A stretch of DNA of 64,000 nucleotides. It comes from Botryllus schlosseri (Eukaryota). The DNA is taken from the NCBI GenBank assembly GCA_051294905.1, contig CM119381.1:25110001-25174000 (forward strand). Reading direction: 5' to 3'. This document shows, piece after piece, positions 49,027 through 61,700 of this stretch (positions are counted from its first letter, which is position 1; every line of letters starts with the position of its first letter). Under the pieces are notes generated by a model. The model did no database searches. It saw only the letters and a list, made by a program, of their open reading frames with translations, and was not told where the DNA came from. The translations under genes and the position numbers were made by a program.

Positions 49027-52000
49027 TATACTTAAAGATAACTGATGTACAAAATGAACTTTGCATAAACAGAGTACCAAAACAACAAACAGTTAAAATA
49101 TGATTTTCACGCAAAACCAAAACATTGTACTGAAACCTGACTTCAGTTGTTCCATCTCAGACACCAGTGCGAGGCTTCACCTTGGAAAGTGCCACCGTAT
49201 TGTCTGGTCGAAACATAAAAGCGTGTTCCCAATTGCAAATGAGCTTTAAAATATTCGAGATAGAATTGGCACTTCGAAACCTAATCCCCTGTGTGCGACA
49301 CTGCAGGTAACGTGTTCCCACAACTGTAACAATTCAATGTTCGGGTCTCATTGCCCGCATTCAATGATGGCCAAAACGGGCGTGTCACCACAAATCATGA
49401 ATTGGGTGTGTTTCGTGATGCCAGGGAAACCCTGGGTTTCTATCGAATGACGTTTAAAACCACTCCTGTAGACGTAGTAAGACATAACCAGGTTTTGGCG
49501 TATTGCAACATTTTATTGCGATCTGACAATACTTGCACAACGCACAGCACAAGATTTATGACATTCGCCCATTAATGTAGATTGGCTATATAAACATGCA
49601 ATTTTCTCGTAGGAGAGACACATTTAACGCACCGTGATTCGGTGGATTTGACACTGAACCAACCTCATGATAGCAGGACACCAGCTAACTACCGGTAAAG
49701 CTTAACCAATAGTATATGGACGGCTACCTTATTACTTTAGCCTGAGCACGTCCTACATCTACTACACTTGTCACAGTCCCTGTTAGCCTTAGTTTAAGTA
49801 TAGGGGAACTATTGCCGTTTTCTACCATACGTAGCAGTCTTGCGCCATATATCATTCATCAATCAATACATGAATCATGCAACGATTGAACCAACTAGCC
49901 ATCGCACTACTGACACGAATGCAGATAAACGGATTTGCGTAATGATAATGTATGAGGAGATAACGGGTCCATCGACGCTCTAATAATCTATGCCGGCCAC
50001 ATACCGGTCCCTGTATATTCAAAAGGCGTTGATCATGGCCTCGGCAAAGTCACATTTCAAGAGCGAGGTATTTTTCAAAATCAAAATAGGCGCCATGCAG
50101 TGTGCCACCGTGGTGGTCTGCAGTCGATGACACGACGAAACAAGGAAATCGGAAAGAAGGAGATACCAGGTGAACATTATATTCTCCATCTCTACACATA
50201 AGTAGGCCAATATAGACAGTAGGGTTGTTCAAAATTAACGTTTTTGTTCAAATTTTACGAGATATCCGATCATATTGTCAGGTTGACTAAAAACGCTACA
50301 AATCAAATTTGTCTCAATTCCAACGTATAACAGCGAAGCTACAGCAGTTAAAAATTAATAAAATTTAATAAACAAAAATAAAGTGCTATTACGAATTTCA
50401 TTTTCAACCCCATGAAATTGTTATTTTGTCTAGAAACACGATTTTCCACTAATTTGGCTCAATTACAACGAGTGGAAGCGAAGTTATTGGAGCACAAAAT
50501 TATGGATTCGTAAAAAATTGTATTTACGGTGGGTAAATTTTTTAATTTTCATTATTATTATTATTAGACTCCGCACCGTCCGTACCATTATTTCAAAACC
50601 AAAATGGTAAACATCAATATATTCGCTTTTACCGAGTGGAATTGAGTCAAATTGGGTATGCATTGGTATGCATTTGTAGACAACCTAACAATTTTATGTG
50701 GTTGCCAATAAATTTTATAAAATAAACTTTTTGTATTTAAATTAAAAATTTTCTATCTCCTGTAGCTTTGCTGTTACAGGTTTGAATCGAGCCAAATTTG
50801 GTTTACAGCGCTTTTTTTTTATCAAACCCAACAAATCAATGGATTCTGCAATGCATCAATGGATTCTGCAATATGGTCACTATGGTGATATTAGTAAAGC
50901 CGGGATGTGCTGAAAGTTCAATACGCTATGCAAAGTATGCCGGCGATTCTGATGGGCATAACACGACTGCACAGGAATGTGGGCTAATTCACCTTATGCC
51001 CACCTCCGTGGTAATATGCGTTCCGCGATCCACGAAAAAACTGTGCCTGTCTATAGGCCTGCACATTTTTGGTATTTCCAGAAATATCACGTTGCATCTA
51101 TATCAGCTCCGGTGGAAACCGTTGTGTTTATGTGGGTAACTTCTGATCATGGTGTCAGGTTGACTCTGCCCGCGATACAAACTTACAATACAAAATCCCT
51201 AAGAACATATTCCCGAAATTCATTGGACGACATCCTCAGCCTGATTGTATCTATAGAGTCCAACAAAGATTTCCGACTGATGAACCACTTCTTCAATAGT
51301 AATTCATACACTCACTGAAATGATACCTCGTAGAGATGAAAGGCATAAGACAGCGAGAGTTTCAGTTTAAATTTCGAGAACTCGTTGGTTTCTCGTGTAT
51401 CGGATATCCGGATTTGTAGCTCGAATTCCCTGCTCCGCCAAGCATGGGGTATTTTTCTAGTGTAAACAGAGCTGGAGTATGTATAGGACATAGCGTCTGT
51501 ATTTCTTTTATGGCGTGCTAAAAGCTATCATAATTCGCTAATCTGCCAGGCTCTCGTGGGTTTCAAGTGCAAACTATGATGCATGTTTCTATTTAGCTGA
51601 CCTAGCCGTCATCATGATGCATAGCACAGCATGTTCTATCATACTCGGCCTATCAGCTGCCTCGTCATCTTAAGACAGAATCCTGCAACGATGGATCTGA
51701 GCGCGACAGCACGGGTGACATTCCCGAGCTTGACAATTGGAAGATATTTTAATAATCGTCAGCTATTATATTTTATCTGCTCATGACACACATACAATGT
51801 ATAATGCGATACACAAGACACAATGCGATGTAATGAACAGATATGGGGCGATGTCGAAACGACCAATTGCGATCTCTTAATCTGGCATCACCACAGCCTA
51901 ATGCCCGATGTCAATCAATGTTAATATGTATTCGGCTGTTTTGTACTTGTCCATGTACAATTGTACCGTACATTTACATTGAAATGAACCCGAATATTTT

Positions 52001-52494
52001 CGATTGACACTCGACAGCGGTTATCTTCAGCAACTAGTAAAGAATTGGAAATAATGATGTTCAAATATGATGCACTTCAGCATCAATGTACTATTCAATT
52101 GTATATTGAAGTTCTCTACCTCCGAGAAGCTCAGCAAATGCTTCTCCTCAGTAGTACTCACAACATTATACCAATTAACATGAAAATTTCACAAATTTAA
52201 CGCTGTCGATAACACCATTGTTACCCGTGGAAAAGGCACGGAAATTCTCACTAGAAGTTTGAAACATTGCAGTTACTGAATGGCATCATATGCATTCGCT
52301 ATTGTCGCGACCTGATGGACATGCTAGAATGCGGTGATAGCACTGCGCTGACAGAGTAATTACATTCAATCGGAGTCGCCAACAACTGGTATTTCGCGCT
52401 TCTAAAGTTGCTTTTTCATAATGACTTACGACACACATACATACATATGCAAATGCTATTCGTCGAGCACAGAACGTCTCAAGCCAATTCTCAC

Positions 52495-52704
52495 CTACGG
52501 ATTCCCCTTTATAGTGCTTTGTGTACCGGACGCCATCGTCGTGACTTCTTCCTGACGCCATGTCGGATATTCTCTCGGACACAGGCCTGACGTGACTCCA
52601 TATTATATCCAACAGCGAGGAATATAGAAATGGATTCATGGCACTGTTTATGGGCAGTAGGATAATCGCTGTCACGGCATACGCGATATCATCAACGTCG
52701 CCGC
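52495..52704 (-). CDS. Gene B exon: TM7 and C-tail (possible further exon starting ~52401)
   Basis: TTTACCAG acceptor, phase 1; GDVDDIAYAVTAIILLPINSAMNPFLYSSLLD; GTGAGA donor. Confidence 0.88.
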
Positions 52705-55700
52705 CTGGTAAACAAGAATTGCTGTAGTTAGAATCGAAAAATGCACACCAAGCTCATTGGAGCTGAGATGCTATTCATATGCATAGGTACTTAGGTAGGC
52801 TGATACCGTATTTGCAGAGTTGTAGTATATTGGCAGATCTAGATATTCCTGTATCTTGGATTGATAAAAATGGCCACGAAACTGATACTGGTTTACTTCA
52901 TTATCTTCCATCGCGACCAGTGCATTGCAATAACATAAATTTAGTCAGCTATGCGTGATTTTGCGAGTATATCTTGGAGACAAAAACGAACCATGCTTCC
53001 TTCAACCACTGTAGTTTTGCAACTTCTTGATCCCATGGATCCGTGCGACCCAAAAAGGCCACTGATGACTAAAACGTAATAATTCATCTTTCACACTCCA
53101 GGAGTCTGTGGACCAACAAAGGTTATCTCTCCACTGCTTTAAATCAATACAATAGACTCATCACACACCCGCGACCCGGATCAGCAAATTTACTCCCAGG
53201 TTTGGGAGGTTATGGGTTAAGACATCGTAGAAGTATAACTAAGCGTGCAATCGGAGCGGAGCTGCGTCCGTTATTGTGATTGATGCAATGATTGGATAAG
53301 TGCCCTAGAGACCATGTGTTCTGTTACGCGAGACAATTGTCGGGGGCATACGCGAACAAATTCATTCTCCTGACCTGTGACAATTTTGTGAAACAGCGAT
53401 TTTAACGTTTATGTGAAAGCCAAAACAAAGTTTAAAATTATTTTACTCAGCTTTGATTCGGGCTTTTACGCCATGATTCTACAATTTACATTGCCGTGTA
53501 ACTTTGGTGGAGGTGATTTTGATTTCTCTACTGCTGCAGTGATGAGAGCTACACAGCCTACTGTAGACATCGCAATAGTTCAACCAGAATCAGTGTCGTC
53601 TGCTTATTATTACTATTAAGGCTGCTTGGCAAGCGCAACAGCAATCATCAGTGTCAGTGTCAGTGTACGCTGTACAGCAGGAGGCAATTATCAAGGCAGC
53701 TCAAATGTGAAGCAGGAAATAGCCTACGTTGGCGGGCCAAAACAAAAGTTTAGACTGTGCACTGTGTGCAGGGGTGTCAAACTCAACTGACGTCACGGGC
53801 CGGATTCAACACTTTAGATCGCTCGCGGGCCGCACCAAAATTCCTCAATCCCAGAATACCTCAAAGTCCATGCTCATATTTCTTCATTTTAATACTTCAT
53901 TAACAGCGTATATACACGATAGTATATTACATTACATTGCGGATCATAGGGGTTCTATTGTAGCTGCGCCTTTTATTCGCAAACAGTGGAATTGGAAATA
54001 ATAAGATGATTGGGTGGCTAAATACAGTTATAAGACGATAAAACAGTGGCTCTAACGATGATATAATTTGGAATACTTCTATATGCTCATTTCGTTTAAG
54101 TGATATATTGGCATCAACCTTGCGTATGCGTTGTGACGAATGCAATAGATTTAACTGTAAACGCGGGCGTTGGAATTTGCTTCATATTATCGCGATTCGA
54201 GTTTCTCTCGAGGCTGGAGAGTGGAGACCCCTATTATTTGTTTCATGTAACGCTGCATATCAGGGTTCTTGGCATTTTCGCTTCTATGAATAACTAGTTT
54301 TTGGTGGGTGAAATAAATTCGCACTTTCTTACTTTCTCGGAACTGGGTGTCAATGTCAGCGACCTGCTCCTAATGGTGACTAGAAACCACAACACCGCAA
54401 TCGAGGGGTTATAATATGGCCTGTGAACTGAACATACTCGACATGTGCTATCTCGAAGGACTATTTAATGCAGGTAATTTCTTTCTAAACATATGTTAAA
54501 AATGTGCTGGATAATACAAGCATTTTTCAATCTACTCAGAATTGCTTCGCGGGCCGGATGAAATCACTTGTCGGGCCGGATGCGGTCCGCGGGCCGTATG
54601 TTTGACACCCCTGGTTTAGAGTGAATGTGCTAATATTAGGATTCATTCCGAACTATGCGTGGCTTGCCAAAATAGTCATGCTGTTTTCCTTGCTTCGCCA
54701 GCAGGTTTACCGCATCATCCCAGTACATGTATTTCACTGTATCGTTTTTCTCATAATGCCGACTCAAATTATATTCCTTCAACATGGAGATCTGCTCGGT
54801 TCTCATCAGAAACTAAGGTTCACGGCTGACTTCAGTAAGTAAATAGTTCGTGCTCCAAACCTTGTTAAAATGTCGGCGTTAAGCCGCACTTTACATTGCT
54901 TGACACAACATCGTTTCTGACTGAGGATGACCGCTAATCACGTGCGCTGATTGCATTATGTTGTGAATTACGATTTGAAACGTAAGACAGTTTAAAAGCA
55001 CACACCTTGTAATTCATAATGTAACAATAGCAACATACAAGATTTGAACCTTGAATATGGAAACAGTGACTTGGAACCGTAATTGTTAGGGCATGCGTTT
55101 GCCACAGTCCGGTTTAGTGGCTTTATTTTGAACCCAGATTAGTCATACGACGTACGTGGGTTACGTAATCAGGCTCCATAAATAAACCTGACTTCAAAGT
55201 AAAATCATTTCGCGTTCAATTTGTATAGCTTATTAACATTCATAAATTGATGTTATAGTCTAAATTCCAAAGAGCTTTTCTCGGGCTGGCCAGAATCGCA
55301 TCGCGGGCCGTACAATGCTCACTGCCCAGGCCTGCTCTATACAGAGTGTGCATTGTACAATGATAAGTAAGCTAGACTATAGGATTTATCGGGCTGGTCT
55401 ACTATGGTATAAAGTCGTATCCAGAAGTGTCAAGATGAGAGTCGTTTGCTCTTCCCCTCGATCCCCTTACAGTTGTGACTCGTGAGCAAGGATTTCCAAG
55501 AATGTGCATGACGAAGAAGAACATTCGTGCCAGACTTTCCGTTGAATTAGACTTTCGCATGTGCCTTTCCAAGCACTTCCAAGAATAGATTTATTCGCCC
55601 TGTAGCTCAAGCTCATCCGTCTCATTGAATGATGCTAGACTGTTTAAATTCAACGACATAGTTTGTCGTGTTTTTCCTTCGATTTGCGCACTCTTTATGC

Positions 55701-58700
55701 TACCTCAGTGGTTCTTAACCTTGCCTCCAGCGCCCCCCAAGGGGAGTTGGTGGTTTTGAAGGGAGCGGGAACGCTCAGGGGGCGATATGGGGGGCACTAG
55801 GCACAGCGGGGCGATAAGGGGGCGCTGAAGAAAAATGGCTTCGCCGTAGATGATGTGGTAGTAGGACCTATCCTTGATGAGTATTCAGAACAAATTGACA
55901 TATTCCACAAAACATGTCAAATCCCGAAATTTTTGGTCGCGATTCGCGACTATGTTTGCTACCTATATTTTCATAAATTTAGTGGGTTATTATAATTCAT
56001 ATAAAACGAATAGCGCTTACTTTTAGATTTCCCGTTATTTAATACACTGCCGTCACGCCTGCTAGGGTTATTTTCAACAAAATGTTTCGAATTAAGTAGG
56101 GGATATGTGGTACCGATGGATCAAAAATCGCAAAATGATCTCTGGCCCTCAAATCTTCAGCCGAGAATAGCAGATCTTTTGCTGTCTTAACACTTCGATA
56201 CAAGCTCTACCTATCGCGGACATTTACATGAATATCCACCTTTTCAAAAAATATTTATAAACGTTTAAAATTTGTTGCTCGAACGTGTCATCGGTCCCCA
56301 CACGGTGGGTCCAAAGGCACACGACCATGGGACCTATGAGACATAAGCTCAAAAGCTCAAATTTGTTAACTTGTTTTGTTCTGTACTATAAGCTAAGCTA
56401 CATCAAGCCAATGAAGAATGATTCGTCTCGGCATTCAAGAATAAAATTGATTATATCAACTCAAATGTTGGCATAAAATCATGTTTTGATTTACGCCTGA
56501 TCCTACAAAATTAATGCCACATACATATTACCCGCAAATCGACATTTTGACTTTCAAATACCTCGTCATAGCGATAAAACACGACAGGTAACTATGATTT
56601 ACAGCCTATATATTTGTAGGCGAGTTTCTGTTGTTAAGTGATTATAGTTCGTCCATCTATTTTGCTTGATTTGGCCATGGTACCATAGGTCCCCCACCCC
56701 ATAAATATTGTAATCGACTTGAAAATAGTCCACTCGAGGGTGGTATTGATTCAAAAAATATGTGCCATTATATACCCTGATGCAAGCCCTATACTTCACA
56801 TCAAAAATTATGACGGGTTTGTTAGTCTGAAAGGTGATATGGAAAAATGCAAATGTCGATTCAAATTTATTTACACCCCCTAAAACGTAAATCATTCGTC
56901 ACAGACCCCATAACTCACGCAGGTCGATTTTTTTTGCATGTGAGGAAAGATTCTGTCAGCATGTGATTGTAGACAAATTCACGGAGTGTAATCATGGAAT
57001 TATCATGGAGAATTTTTCAAGTATTTTCGGTCCCGGTGATCCAGCGGTACCACATCTCCCCTATATCCCGCAGCGAACAGCGTGTGAAAATCGAAGAATG
57101 AGGCACTGTATATCACGTTTGATTGAGAGTGAGAGCCGCTTGTACATGAGAATGAAAGCCCCTTGTAGCCTACATAAAATAAGTTTGGAAGCTTTGTGCA
57201 CGAAATGAATAACTTTGAGAGCTACAAAATTAAATCCCCAGGATATTTCTTCATCGTATCATAAAGGATGATCTCGTGTTGTGGTTCACAACCTCACATG
57301 AACGTTATGAGTTGCTTTGTTTGGAATACCTTCATGTTAAAATAAATAACTGGGTACAGTACTAAATTCAATGTGAGCAGATATATGCATCCCATTCTCA
57401 GTTGACTTACTTATAGTTACACAAAGCACTAAGACAAAATCCAATAACAATAAATTCCCCGTATTGCCAATCGCCGATGTGAATTCTAGAGGGTTCGAAC
57501 CACAGGGTGTGAGACATTACCATAAAGTTGTTATAACAACCTTGATTTGACCCTGAATATACAGCACACCAATATTATATGGTTTATTATAGTCGAATGG
57601 TCTCGAGCGCGATTAAAGCGCGAAATATTTTTAATATCAAAGTTCCAAAAATACCGACTGAACTTTGACCTCTTACCAAGACCGAAACTGCTGCAACCCA
57701 AACCCCCAATCGGTTAGCTCGAAGAGTGCCCTAAATTATTTCGGTGAATGAACATGTTTGACGACTCCCCCACGGACGAATACGCAAAATTATAGAATAT
57801 AGAAATAGGCATTTTGGTGGTGGCCATTACCACGCCACGATGCATGAAGACATATGAAGTTCCGCTTAATATGGGACTCCGAGAAGTATGTCGAAAAGAT
57901 CGTCAGCGAGAAAACCTTAGCCGAAGAGGATTATCCTATGTTGAGCGTAAACGTCGATGTGTTAAGTCTAACTGTCCATTGTTACTTAAATCGCTCGTGC
58001 CGAATTATCATGTCGTCGCAATCGACACCCCGCAGGACAAATAACATCCATCAGAGAACATTATTTGCTAGTGACAAAATACCAATTTTGAATCGTGTGC
58101 TTGATTTAATACGTTTATGCGTTTCAATATCTTTTGACAATACAGCGGACAAGAGGTAATTATAGTTGAATGGTCCTCGATCGCGATTAAAGCGCGAAAT
58201 ATATCCAATACCAAAGTCCCAAAAAGACCGACTGAAATTTGACCTCTTACAAAGATTGAAACTGCCTCAATCCAAACCACCAATCGGTAAGCTCTAAGGG
58301 TGCTCTAAATTATTTCGGTGAATGAACATAAATTAAACATCAGGTTTTGACGACTCCCCCACGGAAGAATACGCATAATTATAGGAAATAGAAATAGGCA
58401 TTTCGGCGTCGGCCATTTCCACGCCACGATGGACGAAGACATGAAGTTCCGGTGAATATGGGACTCCGAGAAGTGTGTCAAAAAGATCGTCAGCGAGAAA
58501 ACCTTAGCCGAAGAGGATTGCCCTTATGTTGAGCGTAAACTTCGGTGCATATAAGTCTAATCATCCACAGGTGCTTAAATCGCTCGTGCCGAGTTATCAT
58601 GTCGTCGCAATCTGCACCCCACGGGACAAATAACATCCATCAGAGAAAATTATTTGCCAGTGACAAAACACCAATTTTTAATCGTGTGCTTGCACTTTAA

Positions 58701-61700
58701 TTTAATACGTTTATGCGTTTCAATATCTTTTGACTATAAAGCGGACAAGAGGTAATAAAATACCATGTAACGATTTAACTGTACCAACGGGCACGCCCGA
58801 ATATGTTCAATTATTAATTACGTGGCCTTCATTTTCCTATCCAACAGCTCACTCAGCACTACTGGTAAATCTGATTACGTGGGCTGAGAAGATAAAAATA
58901 TTATAGTAACATATATATGCGATTACAACCTATTTAATTCATGCATTATAGAAAATACTGGCTCCTAGGGCGACCAGGCCACATAAAATTTGCTGACCAT
59001 CAAAATCACCCGACGGGATTCTTGGGGGCGAAGCCCTCATAAGTTTGGTTTATCACGTTATGGGTGCCCAAGACAGTCGTATTTTAGGGGGGCTGATGAA
59101 GTCCCTCTCACCCATTGTCTTAATTACAGTCCTTACAATATGAGGCGGGGGGGGGGGCGCTGAAGCACGATAATTTTTGAAAGGGGGCGCTGGAAGAAAA
59201 AGGGTTGAGAAACACTGCTGTGCTACCTTATTGAAGGGGTACGTCTTGGCAATTGCGTGAACGTGACTTTCACGTTTGCGTTCGGTGTGTGAACCTCGGA
59301 AATTTGGAGGTTCACTTTCACAAACGAACATTGGTAGGATCTGCGCTGTGAACGATCTTATATATTACAATTTTTCCCGTCATTATAACATCTTGGAATT
59401 AAATTCTTAGCATTTCAACTTCGGCCCAGTCACCGCGTGGCGCAGGCAGTATGAAGAGAAATCAAGCACTATACGAGCATGCTCCTTGCCAATTTCTGTT
59501 CGTGAATATTTAGGGACTCTCTGCTGTGACCTTTGTCCGCAATCACACTATAGTAAAAACAAAAACGCGACATTTAGGTAGTCAGCCAATTGTGCTGAAT
59601 TAACCAACCAATCAACCAATCAATCAACGAAAATGAGATTACGAATACTTCGTTGCCTAATTAAGTAACGTGCGCAATCCGTCTGATTGGGTTGTTGGAT
59701 AATGTGTAACTTGTTTTGGAGGTAATATCTGTCGCAAGTATAGAAACCGGTTTTTCACTATGATCAGTATCAATATAGCAATAATCTGCCCTCGCCTTAG
59801 GAATAAATTGTTCGGTCCAGCCCATAAACCAGAGGTTCTTAGACCCCTTAGCGGTCCGTGAACTAGTTTTTTGGGGTCCACGAAAGGGCAAAACGTCGTC
59901 ATGAAACTACAAAAACATATTATCCTTTGTGAATGACGTTGTGGGACTGTATCTACCTTGTACAGTCGTTAGTTATCTTATTTTAGGCATGGAATTTCAT
60001 AAATATGGTTGAGCTTGATATGATTACATTCCATTCATCGGCTTCTTGAAGGTGTCCGTGATCAAGAAAGTATAAGAACCCATGCTGCAGACCGTTAATG
60101 CATAAGATTATGCTCCCTTGCAAGTCCTCGTCAAGATTTTTGTCAAAGCGACAATTTTATTCTATGGACTTACAGCATTTCATTGTTCCAGTTGATCATT
60201 TAATGATGCTTAAAAATCAGCCTGTACTTCAGTATTGTAGCATATTGTGGCCTAAGTCGCCGCTAGGTATCGTGTACAATAATGTATTACTTTACCGAAA
60301 TGTGGGGGGTTGGAATCAGTCATATGAAGTCACGTGACGTCGGAGGCACGGCAGAAACAGCACGTAGTCAGTCCCTCCCCAAAATACGTAGGTCTTCGGT
60401 CGCCCATAGGGTAATAAAGTAATACTGGAGGGCTTCGTCCCCAGAGTTCTCGTCAGATTTAACCTTTTGGCCGATACTTGTCAGCGATAATTATTGTTCC
60501 ATTTAGTAAGGCGGCGTGATTGAAAGTTGGAGAGAACCGAAACGTATGTGATGGAACTGGTTGCACCAGTTTCAAATAAATTTAAAATATACGATGAACG
60601 ATATAACAGAGTTCCCCGTATTCGACTGTAGTAGCGATCTCAAGCAATTATTGTCAGCTCACCTAGAAGTTTAATGAATCCCATGATACAGATCGGCATC
60701 CAGCAGCAGAAATTCGTCAGAACGATTCTCGTGACTTTGCGCTGGAGCGCTACCGCGCGCTTGTCGTTACTGCACGAGTTCTCGTTCGATGTGCTCTTTC
60801 TGTGAAAATACGCGGCAAATAAGGACTGCAACAAGGTTCGTAACAATTCCTAAGCTCGCGGCGGACTTCTGTCGTGCGCCCGTTTCCCATACAGGCTCAA
60901 ATCAGAGGCTACTGTCGGTTACACGTCAATCATTGGAATGATGAGCACCGAGCAGTTGAGCTCGCCTCTGATGGGATTGCCCAACCGCATCGTTTCAGTA
61001 GTAAAAATCTACGCCCACACCATTGTCATAAAGTGCAACGAAATAGACATGGTCGAAAATACCATTTATTCGTAACGTGACGTAACACCGCCATTATATT
61101 CTCTGACGTAGCGTAATATGTAGCCTATATATTTGAATATTCTACGTATTTTATACACGTATGGCGTCATAATAAGTGATACTCGAACACTTGACTCGAT
61201 TCGTAGTCTAATACAATAATTACATGATTCCGAATCGAATCACTCATAGGGTACTCCATTTTTCAGTGCCTTACTAGAATATAATCAGTATCAAACAGGT
61301 ACCAATCTGTTGCCATGTGTTTCATTGGAAAATCACCTCGGTGTCTATCAAGACTATAATCTATGACTGATAGACTGGGAATATTGACCTATTTCGTATA
61401 GATTACACGTTGTACAGCATTTCAAGTTTATTCCGTGTTAATGCATAGCATGGCTGTAAAGCTTTTCAAATATATGATCTGTAGTTTTGGAAATTCGCCG
61501 TAAGGATGATGTCATATTGAATATCGGCTGAATATATCCGGGGTTTTAGGTTGTATCGGTATCGGTTCAAAAATGATATATCGGTCGGCCTCTAACATTG
61601 ACTATTCTTGTTGTTCCTACTGTTTTGATAATGTTTTATTATGACCATATTCCGCGATCCATTCCTGGCTTACGCGTGACCGTAACCCTCTATCTACACT

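Noticed and set aside
54905-54995. Hammerhead-like CTGA...GAAACGTA segment
   Set aside because: The core spacing is non-canonical and stems I and II are not convincing
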